Below, piece by piece: positions 1 through 9,729 of a stretch of DNA of 64,000 nucleotides. The position numbers and the translations under genes are program-made. The notes beneath the pieces were generated by a model. It was not told the DNA's origin, made no database searches, and saw only the letters and a program-made list of their open reading frames with translations. The stretch's first letter is position 1, and every line of letters starts with the position of its first letter. This stretch comes from Alcanivoracaceae bacterium (GTDB lineage: Bacteria; Pseudomonadota; Gammaproteobacteria; Xanthomonadales; Marinicellaceae), in assembly GCA_016763695.1 (NCBI GenBank), contig JAESTH010000158.1, forward strand, positions 225-64,224, given 5' to 3'.

Positions 1-1
1 A

Positions 2-697
2 TTGGGCGTTTTTTTGAACCGGATGAAATCAAATGCTGGCGATTTGATGAAAGCAAATGAAAAGCATTTAAAACAGGTTGGATCGACAGCAATTGGTGCA
101 GCAGGTAAAGATTATGATCAGATTTTAGAACACCATATCAATAAAAAAGTAGTTGTTTCCATAGATGATGGGACCAGTAAGCAAGAATATACGGGATTTC
201 TTGGAGAATATTCGGCTAAATGGCTAGCACTCATGGATTGTGTGATTGAACAAGACTGGCATTTGCCTTTAAATGACATGAATAGACTCATTTTAAATCG
301 TAATATTGATGTCGCATTCAAAATTATTTATGAAGATGAAGAATTTGGCCTGGAAATGGAAATCAGTAACTTTAGTCAGGAAGAGATAAGACTAAAAAGA
401 ATCAAAGGCGAGGAGTTCAGTAAAAATATATACAAATCTATCAAAAGTAAAGAGACCATCAATTTGCTGTTAACTAAATTACCCAATAAACTGTTTCCTG
501 AACAGTGTGATCAGATATTAGATAAAAAGATTGAGAATATTGCTCCTGAAAGAGGCGGACATTATCATCCTGATTTATGGCGAGAACTTAAAGATAAACT
601 ACCAGAGCTTGATTTGATCTACAGTTGTAAAAGAAATGTCGATGTTTATTTGTCTCGTTCTATGGCGACAGTAAGACACAGCGTTGTAATGAAGTAA
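2..697 (+). CDS. hypothetical protein (5' end may lie outside the window)
   Basis: Long uninterrupted ORF running from the window edge. It has no motifs I recognise. It is followed by a convergent hairpin shared with rnt. Confidence 0.5.
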   Translation: MGVFLNRMKSNAGDLMKANEKHLKQVGSTAIGAAGKDYDQILEHHINKKVVVSIDDGTSKQEYTGFLGEYSAKWLALMDCVIEQDWHLPLNDMNRLILNRNIDVAFKIIYEDEEFGLEMEISNFSQEEIRLKRIKGEEFSKNIYKSIKSKETINLLLTKLPNKLFPEQCDQILDKKIENIAPERGGHYHPDLWRELKDKLPELDLIYSCKRNVDVYLSRSMATVRHSVVMK

Positions 698-701
698 CTA
701 G

Positions 702-755
702 CCTGAATATTTCATTATTTCCCCCCTACTACCACTCTTGTATGAAATATTCGGG
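702..755. terminator. hairpin between convergent genes (14-nt arms CCTGAATATTTCAT / ATGAAATATTCGGG), possible bidirectional terminator; also one copy of a repeated element
   Basis: The inverted arms lie at 702-715 and 742-755, with one G-U position. The hairpin sits between the stop of ORF 2-697 and the stop of rnt. The same arm sequences recur at 62306-62319 and 62514-62527. Confidence 0.4.
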
Positions 756-1367
756 TTAGTGATTAAGTTCGTGCCAGGTATTGTGGATTTTGCAAAATAA
801 CTCTGCAGTTTTTTCTGTATCGTACATCGCTGAATGCGCACGATCATTATCCCATTCAATTTTGGCTTCGGCAATGGCTCTGGCCAAAACGGTTTGTCCA
901 TAGACTAAAGCTGAAAGCGTGACCGTATCTAAACAGCTAAACGGGTGAAAAGGATTACGTTTTATACCTGTTCGTTCAACTGCAGCATTCAGAAACCCCA
1001 GATCAAAGTGTGCGTTATGACCAACCAAAATTGCACGATTACAACCAGCATCTTTTATGGCTTTTCTGATGGGGGTAAATATTTTACCCAATGCCGCCGT
1101 TTCGTTCATTGCCATTCTCAGCGGGTGATCAAGATCAATTCCTGTGATTTCAAGTGATTTGGGATCAATATTGGAACCTTTAAATGGTTCCACATAAGCG
1201 GTATTAACATCATCAAAAAATAACAGGCCACTTTCGTCCTGTTGAATAACAACAGCAGCAATTTCAAGTAGTGCATCAGTACGTGAATTAAAGCCACCTG
1301 TTTCTACATCGACCACAATCGGTAGAAATCCTCTGAATCTATTTTTTATATTTGTCATAAGCTGCAT
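756..1367 (-). CDS. rnt: ribonuclease T (DEDDh 3'-5' exoribonuclease)
   Basis: About 200 aa. Motifs: [10 protein letters not shown] (ExoI), [11 protein letters not shown] (ExoII), [14 protein letters not shown] (ExoIII with His). This is the typical RNase T architecture. Confidence 0.85.
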   Translation of the reverse strand: MQLMTNIKNRFRGFLPIVVDVETGGFNSRTDALLEIAAVVIQQDESGLLFFDDVNTAYVEPFKGSNIDPKSLEITGIDLDHPLRMAMNETAALGKIFTPIRKAIKDAGCNRAILVGHNAHFDLGFLNAAVERTGIKRNPFHPFSCLDTVTLSALVYGQTVLARAIAEAKIEWDNDRAHSAMYDTEKTAELFCKIHNTWHELNH

Positions 1368-1535
1368 TTTATCTCATTTGAAAATAAAAACCACAAATCA
1401 TCAATGTTCTTTGTCTACTTTCACGCTGTTATTGGATTTGACAGTAACAAATCGTAAGAAATTGTTAAGTTTTTTGAATTAGAAAATTATTATGTTACAA
1501 TCGCAGTCATTGATATATTAATTTGGAGAGTTGAA

Positions 1536-2642
1536 ATGAAAAAGATAGTAATGGCTGTGAGTTTAGCACTTGCGACTGGTTTAGCGGTAGCAGAAGATCA
1601 TGATTTTGATCATCGCTGGTATGTAACACCTAATGTAAGTTTTGTCGAACCAGACGATGATAAAAATGCAAATTCTGCCTTAGCTGTTGGTATTGGATTT
1701 GGTCGATTTTTTACTGAAAGATTGTCGGTAGACTTGGAGTTTTCAAGAGCCAGATTTGATTTGGTAGATGGCGGCAACCTGACACAAAATACACTGGGTT
1801 TGATGGGACGTTATTATTTTGATGAGCAAATGGGCTTAAAACCTTATTTAGGATTGGGTGTTGGCTTTTTAAGAACGCAGAGACCAACAGAATTTAATGC
1901 AACATTGGATTTAGCTGCTGGTATATCAAAAAAATTGACTGATAGAGTGAGATTGAGAACAGAGTTAAGATATCGTCTTGAGAATGCCAATGATACTAAT
2001 CCTGCTGAAGATATTTTTGGAGATTATTTATTTAATGCTGGCTTAAGTATTGCTCTTGGTGATGCATCAGAGCAAAAATCAGTAACAAAACTGGTAGAAC
2101 AAGCACCTCAGCTAGATGGTGATAATGATGGTGTCAGCGATGCCAATGACAGATGTCCAAATACACCAGCAGGCACTAAAGTGGATGCCACTGGTTGTGC
2201 AATAGTTGATGGTGATGATGATAAAGATGGTATTGCTAATTCAAGAGATGCATGCCCACATTCAAAACCAGGTGCCGTTGTTGGTAAAGATGGTTGTGAT
2301 GTACAGGTTGTTATAGAGTTACAGGGTGTTCACTTTGCTACTGATAAAGCCACATTGAAGCCAGAATCAGTTGCGATTTTAAATGCCGCAGTTAAAACTT
2401 TAGGTGCACATGGGACTATTTTAGTCGAAGTTGCGGGTCATACCGATTCAACCGCATCTGATGAATACAATCAGAAGTTATCGGAAAAACGTGCTAAAGT
2501 TGTATACAGCTATTTGGTAGATCATGGTATCAGTGCTGATCGCATGACCTGGAAAGGTTATGGTGAGTCTCAGCCTATTGCAACTAATGATACTGAAGAA
2601 GGCAAAGCCAGAAATAGACGCACAGAGCTTATTGTTAAATAA
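1536..2642 (+). CDS. OmpA-family outer membrane protein with thrombospondin type-3-like Asp-rich repeats
   Basis: Signal peptide MKKIVMAVSLALATGLAVA. Asp-rich repeats DGDNDGVSDANDRCPNTP and DGDDDKDGIANSRDACP. C-terminal OmpA peptidoglycan-binding domain (GHTDSTASDEYNQKLSEKRA ... NRRTE). Confidence 0.85.
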   Translation: MKKIVMAVSLALATGLAVAEDHDFDHRWYVTPNVSFVEPDDDKNANSALAVGIGFGRFFTERLSVDLEFSRARFDLVDGGNLTQNTLGLMGRYYFDEQMGLKPYLGLGVGFLRTQRPTEFNATLDLAAGISKKLTDRVRLRTELRYRLENANDTNPAEDIFGDYLFNAGLSIALGDASEQKSVTKLVEQAPQLDGDNDGVSDANDRCPNTPAGTKVDATGCAIVDGDDDKDGIANSRDACPHSKPGAVVGKDGCDVQVVIELQGVHFATDKATLKPESVAILNAAVKTLGAHGTILVEVAGHTDSTASDEYNQKLSEKRAKVVYSYLVDHGISADRMTWKGYGESQPIATNDTEEGKARNRRTELIVK

Positions 2643-2671
2643 TTTGTGTTCTTTCTTAATGAAATTAAAAG

Positions 2672-2696
2672 AGCCTGCTGATTGCAGGCTTTTTTA
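2672..2696 (+). terminator. rho-independent terminator after the ompA-family gene
   Basis: Stem AGCCTGC / GCAGGCT with a 5-nt loop, followed by TTTTTT. Confidence 0.65.
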
Positions 2697-2710
2697 ATTT
2701 TGGAATAATC

Positions 2711-3025
2711 ATGTCACCATTCTCACTTAAAGTAATTGCTTTAATCAAATCAATACCAGCAGGTAAGGTTGCAAGCTATGGACAAATTGCCTTTCATGCA
2801 GGTAATCATCGAGCTGCCAGACAGGTATCCAGAATTTTACATAGTTGCAGTAAAAAGTACCAACTCCCATGGTATAGAGTCATTAATTCACAAGGAAAAA
2901 TATCATTAAGCAATGATGGATTTGAACATCAATACCAGCTGTTAAAACAGGAGGGCATTGAGTTTGGTCTGAGCAAGAAAATTGATATGGGACGATTTGC
3001 TTATGATTTTGAATTAGAAAATTGA
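2711..3025 (+). CDS. MGMT-family DNA-binding protein, alkyltransferase-like (ATL; active-site Cys replaced)
   Basis: 104 aa. It has the YGQIA helix-turn-helix region, and PWYRV in place of the PCHRV alkyl-acceptor motif. Confidence 0.7.
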   Translation: MSPFSLKVIALIKSIPAGKVASYGQIAFHAGNHRAARQVSRILHSCSKKYQLPWYRVINSQGKISLSNDGFEHQYQLLKQEGIEFGLSKKIDMGRFAYDFELEN

Positions 3026-3295
3026 TTTTTTAATTAAGTACAGCATGCTATTAGGAATTCTGCTGATTCCAGTTTTAGAATAGTTCTATCTCTACAATTT
3101 TTTGCAAATGAAATTTCCAGGGTCTATGCAAATAAACATCCTGATATTATTTTATGACCTGTAGAAATGAATGAAGCAGTAGAAATGATGGTCAATAGAG
3201 CCATTGCAAACAAGATTTAACCAATAAATCTCATTAATTGTAAAAAAGCCATAATTTTACAATGAATGCAAAATTTATGACTCTTTTTATGATTA

Positions 3296-4738
3296 TCATT
3301 TTTTGTTCAAAATCAAATACAAAGCACCTGCAATAAATAAACCAACAAACCATGCGTAGCTGTATATTGTATCAAAAATAGCAGGGACAGTTTCAACAAT
3401 ACCAGCGGCGTGTAGAAATCCTGGTAAATTGGGTAATATGCCAACAATCAAGGCGATAATGCCTGCCCAGTTCCATGCACCATATAGGCCTTTATGATTG
3501 AATAATGATTCTGCATCCAATTCACTTTTTCTGACGAAGAAATAATCAGCAATCAAAATGCCAGCTATTGGACCGAGTAGGGCAGAGTAACCGATAAGCC
3601 AGACAAATATATAACCACCAGCAGTTTCTAATAATTTCCATGGAAAAATGGCAATGCCAATACCAGCAGTGATATAACCACCCATTTTAAAACTGATTTT
3701 CTTTGGGTTGAGATTAGAGAATCCATAAGCAGGAGCAACCACATTGGCTGCTAGATTGGTGGTTAATGTAGCAACAACCAGTGCCATTAAGGCAACAATT
3801 ACACCAATGCCACCCATCTTGCTAGCCAAGACAACGGGATCCCAAATGGCTTCACCGAAAATTGTTACGGTAGCCGATGTGACCGCCACACTGATAAACG
3901 CGAATAGTGCCATAGGCAAGGGTAGACCAATGGCCTGTCCGATGATTTGATCTTTTTGTGATTTGGCAAAGCGGGTAAAGTCAGGAATGTTTAACGCCAT
4001 GGTTGCCCAAAAACCGACCATAGCGGTCAAACTGGCAATAAATACAACAAAAAATTCGCCTTCTCTGGGACCACCTGCGGCAAATTTTGATGGCGCAGAA
4101 AGCATTGCACCAAAACCACCAGCAGTAAAATAAGCCCAGGCAAGCAGTACTAAACCCATACCTATCAGAAAGGGCGCAGCGTAGGTTTCTAACCAGCGAA
4201 TAGACTCAGTACCATGTTTGATAAAATATAAATGCATAAGCCAAAAGCCGATAAATGAAGCAAACTGACCAATGCTTATACCCAAAAATGGTAAAGCCTC
4301 ACCAACTATGGCGTTGTCTGTCAGGGTGTTAATAATAACAAAAATGGCAGAACCACCAACCCAGGTATTAATGCCAAACCAGCCACAGGCCACCAAGCCA
4401 CGTGCCAAAGCAGGAATACGCGCACCTTTGGTACCAAAAGAAGAGCGTAACAATACAGGAAAAGGAATGCCATGTTTGGCTCCAGCATGACCAATCAACA
4501 TCATCGGTACCAAAACGATTACATTACCAAGTAATATGGTGATAACCGCTTGCGACCAGTTCATGCCCTCAGCGATCAGGCCACCTGCCAGCATATAGGT
4601 TGGTACGCAAACTACCATGGCTACCCACAGAGACCCGTAGGCTTTCCAGTCCCAGGTGCGTTGTTCTACCGTTGTTGGCGCGAGGTCTTCGTTCCATAGG
4701 TCGTCTGCTTGTCTGCTATTTTTCATTATCATCCCCAT
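3296..4738 (-). CDS. NCS1-family nucleobase:cation symporter (uracil/allantoin/cytosine permease type)
   Basis: 480 aa with about 12 predicted TM helices. The N-terminal DLAPT motif region is typical of NCS1 permeases. It is clustered with pyrimidine catabolic genes. Confidence 0.8.
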   Translation of the reverse strand: MGMIMKNSRQADDLWNEDLAPTTVEQRTWDWKAYGSLWVAMVVCVPTYMLAGGLIAEGMNWSQAVITILLGNVIVLVPMMLIGHAGAKHGIPFPVLLRSSFGTKGARIPALARGLVACGWFGINTWVGGSAIFVIINTLTDNAIVGEALPFLGISIGQFASFIGFWLMHLYFIKHGTESIRWLETYAAPFLIGMGLVLLAWAYFTAGGFGAMLSAPSKFAAGGPREGEFFVVFIASLTAMVGFWATMALNIPDFTRFAKSQKDQIIGQAIGLPLPMALFAFISVAVTSATVTIFGEAIWDPVVLASKMGGIGVIVALMALVVATLTTNLAANVVAPAYGFSNLNPKKISFKMGGYITAGIGIAIFPWKLLETAGGYIFVWLIGYSALLGPIAGILIADYFFVRKSELDAESLFNHKGLYGAWNWAGIIALIVGILPNLPGFLHAAGIVETVPAIFDTIYSYAWFVGLFIAGALYLILNKK

Positions 4739-4829
4739 ATTACTATTGTAGAATAGGCTTTGCCCATCATTTTATTATTGTTTCATTATCCAGGTTTAGC
4801 AATGGTGGGTAAGACCCACCTTACAAAAG

Positions 4830-5702
4830 CTACTCGCCATCTGTGAGTTTTGTATAAGTGCTCGGCCTACGATCACGGAAAAACTGCCAGGTATTACGTA
4901 CTTCTTGTACCATGCCCATATCTAAATCGTGAATTAACAACTCATCCTGATCTCGACTGGCTTGTTTTTCGATTTGTCCTCTTGGATTGACGAAATAACT
5001 TTGACCGTAAAATTCACCGATATTCCAGGGTTCTTCCACACCTACACGATTAATCGCGGCAATCCAGCAACCATTGGCTGCTGCTGAGGCTGGCTGTTCC
5101 AGTTTCCACAGGTATTCGGATAATCCTGCAACTGTGGCAGATGGGTTGATGATATACTCAGCACCATTAAGTGCCAATGCACGCCAGCCTTCAGGGAAGT
5201 GACGATCATAACAAATATATACACCTAATTTACAATATTGGGTTTGAAAAACTGGCCAGTTTGATGCGCCTGGTTTAAAGTAAAATTTCTCCCAAAAACC
5301 AGCGACTTGAGGAATGTGGGTTTTACGGTATTTGCCTAAATAGCTACCATCTGCATCAATTACAGCTGCAGTGTTGTAATACACACCAGTGACATCATCT
5401 TTTTCGTAAATGGGAACCACAATCACCATTTTGTATTTAGCCGCATACTCTTGCATTAATTGTGTGGTTGGGCCGTTGGGAATGGATTCAGCGCTGGCAT
5501 ACCACTTGGCATCTTGAGATGGGCAGAAGTAGGGTTGGGTAAAGACTTCTTGGAAACTTAATACCTGCACACCTTTTTCTCCCGCTTCCTCAATCATAGG
5601 AATGTGTGCTTCGATCATGGCTTTTCGTATGGTTTCTGGATCATTGTCAGTTGAAGATTTTAATCCCATCTGAATGACAGCTGCTTTTAATGTTGATTTC
5701 AT
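4830..5702 (-). CDS. beta-ureidopropionase / N-carbamoyl-beta-alanine amidohydrolase, nitrilase (CN-hydrolase) superfamily
   Basis: Sequence contexts around the CN-hydrolase Glu-Lys-Cys triad: FQEVF, YRKTHIP, ICYDRHFPE. There is extended resemblance to the eukaryote-type UPB1 enzyme (NPSATVAGLSEYLW). Confidence 0.75.
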   Translation of the reverse strand: MKSTLKAAVIQMGLKSSTDNDPETIRKAMIEAHIPMIEEAGEKGVQVLSFQEVFTQPYFCPSQDAKWYASAESIPNGPTTQLMQEYAAKYKMVIVVPIYEKDDVTGVYYNTAAVIDADGSYLGKYRKTHIPQVAGFWEKFYFKPGASNWPVFQTQYCKLGVYICYDRHFPEGWRALALNGAEYIINPSATVAGLSEYLWKLEQPASAAANGCWIAAINRVGVEEPWNIGEFYGQSYFVNPRGQIEKQASRDQDELLIHDLDMGMVQEVRNTWQFFRDRRPSTYTKLTDGE

Positions 5703-5876
5703 ATTTTTTTCTCTATTATTCTTGTTTTTTTATTTTTTCATCATGAAGACCCTTTTAATCATGATAAATGTTTCTCTTAACTTATATTATGGTGTTTTCG
5801 GTTTGGCCTATAATTGTTGATAAATTGCAAGTATCACCGAGAGCTACAGAAATGGCACAAAATTTTCAATGAGATT

Positions 5877-6176
5877 TTACACTTTGATTAGTCTCTTTCT
5901 TACCCATGCCGGTTTTTGTCTGCAATCCAAAATTGCTGCAACTTTGATTATGTTGCTTTCTATTGTGTAAAATACAGCAAATGGAAATCTTTTTGATAGC
6001 ATTCGAAAATATTTATTAAACACAATGTGCTGAATTCCTGCTGTAATTATTAATGAATCGATGTCAGAGTATAATGAGTCAAGAAAATAATTTCCAATAC
6101 TTTGAGCTCGGTTTTCATAAAAAAGGTATCCATCAACTAAATCTTTTTTAGCTGAAGAAAGGATATTAATTTTCAT
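5877..6176 (-). CDS. type II toxin-antitoxin system toxin, RelE/ParE family
   Basis: 99 aa. It shows a 4-nt ATGA overlap with the upstream small gene. The sequence is ParE/RelE-like (FPFAVFYTIESNIIKVAAILDCRQKP). Confidence 0.7.
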   Translation of the reverse strand: MKINILSSAKKDLVDGYLFYENRAQSIGNYFLDSLYSDIDSLIITAGIQHIVFNKYFRMLSKRFPFAVFYTIESNIIKVAAILDCRQKPAWVRKRLIKV

Positions 6177-6391
6177 TCAATTTCTTTCTTAATATCCTTT
6201 CTAACTGTTTCCCAGTCTAAATACTCTGCTTTACCTTCTTTGACCATTTGCTCTCTGTGTTGTAGTTCATCTAAATGCCAGGAAGGTGACTCAAATTGTT
6301 CAGGCTCTTTACATAAATCATTCCATAATAATTCCATGGTTTGTATTTTTTCAGCAAAGGACATTTTTTTTAATGGCAATGATACTGCCAT
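6173..6391 (-). CDS. addiction-module antitoxin (Unstab_antitox-like)
   Basis: 72 aa, acidic. It has the LSFAEKIQTMELLWNDL motif typical of the putative addiction module component family. It is translationally coupled to the toxin gene. Confidence 0.65.
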   Translation of the reverse strand: MAVSLPLKKMSFAEKIQTMELLWNDLCKEPEQFESPSWHLDELQHREQMVKEGKAEYLDWETVRKDIKKEIE

Positions 6392-6429
6392 CTTGTTTCT
6401 CGTTTAATTTTCTTTATTCTATCATATTT

Positions 6430-6559
6430 GTAACTAATCACCTCTCTGGTCATTAGTGTGAAGGCGGGAATCTCACAATATCACTGATTACTCTCACTAA
6501 GTCTAGTAACTTTTGCAATAGATTTCCGTCTTCGTTGGAATGATGGGGTGAATAGCTAC
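6430..6559 (+). repeat. MITE-like repeat, full copy a (~130 nt; ~45-nt imperfect terminal inverted repeats starting GTAACT, each with an internal hairpin)
   Basis: It aligns along its whole length with 52090-52221, and in reverse orientation with 58110-58245. It is intergenic, between the TA pair and mmsA. Confidence 0.65.
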
Positions 6560-6578
6560 TTATATTATCTTAATAGGC

Positions 6579-8075
6579 CTAATCCATACTTGGAAAATTA
6601 AACTGTGCACCCGACCTAATACCTGTCGGCCATCTTGTGGTGATGGTTTTTAGTTTGGTGTAAAAATGTACCGCTTCAGGGCCATATATGCCGTGGGCGC
6701 CGAATATAGATCGTTTCCAGCCACCGAAGCTATGGTAAGCCACAGGCACTGGGATTGGGACGTTGATGCCAACCATACCTACCTGTATCTTGGTGGCAAA
6801 ATCTCGTGCAGCATCACCATCACGGGTGAATATGGCAGTACCGTTACCGTATTCGTGTGAGTTGATTAAATCTACTGCTTCTTCATAACTCTCTGCTCGT
6901 AGTACCGAAAGCACAGGGCCGAATATTTCCTGTTTGTAGACACTCATATCAGATGTGACATGATCGAGTAGGGTGGCTCCTACCCAGAAACCATTTTCGT
7001 AACCTGCAATTTTGAGGTCTCTGCCATCAACCAGCACTTTTGCACCTTCGCTTTCGCCTTGGCTGATTAAACCTTCTATGCGTTGTTTGGCATCTAGGGT
7101 AATCACAGGTCCCATTTCTGCACCTTTTTTATCATAAGGGCCGATATTGAGGTTTTGTACCTGTGGAATCAGCTTTTCAATTAATCTGTCAGCTGTTTCT
7201 TTGCCAACTGGCACAGCCATGCTGATTGCCATACAGCGTTCCCCTGCTGAACCAAAACCAGCGCCCATCAGTGCATCTGCGACTTGATCCAGATCAGCAT
7301 CTGGCATAATGATCATGTGGTTTTTGGCGCCTCCCAGGGCTTGTACTCGTTTACCAGCCGCACAACCACGAGTATAAACGTATTCGGCAATGGGAGTAGA
7401 ACCAACAAAGCTTACAGCGTGTATGTCTTTGTGGTCCAGGATGGCATCAACTGCATCTTTGCCACCGTGTACAACATTGAGTACACCAGCGGGCAAACCT
7501 GCTTGAGCAAATAAATCATGAATGAGGTTGGCGCTGGATGGATCACGTTCGGATGGCTTGAGGATAAAGGTATTACCACAGGCAAGTGCCATGGGTATCA
7601 TCCACAGGGGCACCATCGATGGAAAGTTGAAAGGCGTGATACCGGCAACCACTCCCAGTGGCTGTCGGTTGGAATGGGTGTCAATGCCTGGGCCCACATC
7701 ACTGTTAAAATCACCTTTGAGTTTTTCGGTAATACCACAGGCATATTCAACCACTTCTAATGCTCGGGTAACTTCTCCTAGGGCATCATCGTGGGTTTTG
7801 CCATGTTCTTTACTGATGGTTTCGGCTACTAAATCTTGATTGTCAATGAGGATTTGACGCATATTAAACATGACTTTAGCGCGTTTAGCTGGTGATGTGG
7901 TAGACCAACCTTTGAAAGCCTGCTTTGAGTTTTCAACCGCTGTGTTGATGTCAGCTAAACCACCGAGTACTAATTCGGCAGTTTGTTCACCTGTTGCAGG
8001 GTTGTAAACTGCTTGTGTTTCTGTGGAAGCTCCAGAGGTCGCTTCTCCGTTAATAATGTGTTGTATTTTTTTCAT
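6579..8075 (-). CDS. mmsA: CoA-acylating methylmalonate/malonate-semialdehyde dehydrogenase
   Basis: 498-aa aldehyde dehydrogenase. Motifs: ILKPSERDP, the catalytic Cys region GERCMA, and a C-terminus typical of MmsA. It is adjacent to a beta-alanine transaminase gene. Confidence 0.85.
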   Translation of the reverse strand: MKKIQHIINGEATSGASTETQAVYNPATGEQTAELVLGGLADINTAVENSKQAFKGWSTTSPAKRAKVMFNMRQILIDNQDLVAETISKEHGKTHDDALGEVTRALEVVEYACGITEKLKGDFNSDVGPGIDTHSNRQPLGVVAGITPFNFPSMVPLWMIPMALACGNTFILKPSERDPSSANLIHDLFAQAGLPAGVLNVVHGGKDAVDAILDHKDIHAVSFVGSTPIAEYVYTRGCAAGKRVQALGGAKNHMIIMPDADLDQVADALMGAGFGSAGERCMAISMAVPVGKETADRLIEKLIPQVQNLNIGPYDKKGAEMGPVITLDAKQRIEGLISQGESEGAKVLVDGRDLKIAGYENGFWVGATLLDHVTSDMSVYKQEIFGPVLSVLRAESYEEAVDLINSHEYGNGTAIFTRDGDAARDFATKIQVGMVGINVPIPVPVAYHSFGGWKRSIFGAHGIYGPEAVHFYTKLKTITTRWPTGIRSGAQFNFPSMD

Positions 8076-8169
8076 AATATAGTGTTTTGTGTAAGATGGG
8101 CTCTGCCCATCATTAGATTAATTCTTTTTTTGATGGGCGAAACCCATCTTAGGTTAATTCTTTATAATC

Positions 8170-9483
8170 TTACGCTAGGTTCTTTATAATCTCTCTTAAT
8201 GTACCAAAGGCAAAATCTATTTGTTCTTTCTCAATGATCAATGGTGGGGATAATGCAATGGTATCGCCAGTGGTACGAATCAATAGTCCAGCATCATAAG
8301 CTTTCAAAAAGGCCACAAATGCTCGGGCTGTTGGTTGTCCTGCTCTAGGTTGTAGCTCAATACCTGCGATCAAGCCAAGATTTCTGATATCAATAACGTG
8401 TTCCAAGTCACTGAGAGAATGAGCGGCTGCCTGCCAGTAGTCTGAGAGTTCTGCACCACGGGTCAACAGGCCGTCTTCTTCATAGGTATCTAAAGTCCCT
8501 AAGGCTGCAGCACATGCCATGGGATTGCCAGAAAAGGTATAGCCATGGAAAAATTCTACGGCATTATCTGGGCCAGTCATAAAGGTGTCATAGATTTCAT
8601 CTTGAACAAAAACAGCACCCATGGGGATAACGCCATTGGCAAGACCTTTGGCGGTTGTGATAATGTCTGGTTCAACGCCAAAGAAATTCGTGGCAAAAGG
8701 AGCGCCTAAACGACCAAAACCAGTAATGACTTCATCAAAAATCAATAAGATGCCGTGTTCATCACAAATTTTACGTAATCTTTGTAGATAACCTTTAGGT
8801 GGTAATATGACTCCTGCTGAACCAGCCAGTGGTTCTACAATAACAGCAGCTATGGTTGAGGCATCATGCAATTCCACCATGCGGATTAAGTCATCGGCCA
8901 GTTCTTCACCATATTGTGGCTGCCCTTTTGAAAAGGCATTGCCTTCAACACCATGAGTGTGGCGTAAATGATCCACGCCCGTTACTAAAGAGCCAAACAT
9001 TTTACGGTTAGCTGGCATACCGCCAACTGCCATGCCTCCAAAGTTAACACCGTGGTAGCCTTTTTCTCTGCCAATTAAACGTGTGCGTTGTCCTTCCCCA
9101 CGTAAGCGGTGATAGGCTATCGCCATTTTTAATGCTGTTTCTACTGATTCAGAACCAGAGTTGGTAAAAAACACCTTGTTTAAATCACCAGGCATTAAAT
9201 TAGCCAGACGTTCTGCCAGTTCAAACTGTTTTGGATGACCCATTTGAAAAGCGGGTGAATAATCCAGCTCACCTGCCTGTTTACGAATAGCCTCAACGAT
9301 ACGTGGTCTATTGTGTCCAGCGTTACAGCACCACAGTCCAGCGATACCATCCAGTAATTTTCGCCCATCGGTCAGGGTAAAATACATGCCATCGGCACTG
9401 GCTACTAAACGGGGGTTTGATTTGAATTGTCTATTTGCCGTAAAAGGCATCCAGTAGTTTTCTAAATTTAGTTTGTTTGTCAT
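8170..9483 (-). CDS. class III PLP aminotransferase, beta-alanine (omega-amino acid):pyruvate transaminase type
   Basis: Motifs: WMPFTANRQFK, LWCCNAGH, FDEVITGFGR, and the TTAKGL Lys region. The context is pyrimidine/beta-alanine catabolism. Confidence 0.8.
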   Translation of the reverse strand: MTNKLNLENYWMPFTANRQFKSNPRLVASADGMYFTLTDGRKLLDGIAGLWCCNAGHNRPRIVEAIRKQAGELDYSPAFQMGHPKQFELAERLANLMPGDLNKVFFTNSGSESVETALKMAIAYHRLRGEGQRTRLIGREKGYHGVNFGGMAVGGMPANRKMFGSLVTGVDHLRHTHGVEGNAFSKGQPQYGEELADDLIRMVELHDASTIAAVIVEPLAGSAGVILPPKGYLQRLRKICDEHGILLIFDEVITGFGRLGAPFATNFFGVEPDIITTAKGLANGVIPMGAVFVQDEIYDTFMTGPDNAVEFFHGYTFSGNPMACAAALGTLDTYEEDGLLTRGAELSDYWQAAAHSLSDLEHVIDIRNLGLIAGIELQPRAGQPTARAFVAFLKAYDAGLLIRTTGDTIALSPPLIIEKEQIDFAFGTLREIIKNLA

Positions 9484-9729
9484 AATTTTATTCTTTTCAT
9501 TATATATTTAAGCATAAATATTTGTTTTTGTAGCGGCACCCTTGCAGGGTATCTACGATCTTACAAAATCCATAATTCTGATTCTTGACTCCCACAAAGG
9601 AAGCTCATTATTTATATGTTCTTATGGATTATTTGCTATTCATCGGGTTAAGCGGATTGTCCGGCCATGCCATATAGGGCAGGTTATTTTCAACTTCCAC
9701 CATTTCAATACAGTTTGGTACGGGACAAA

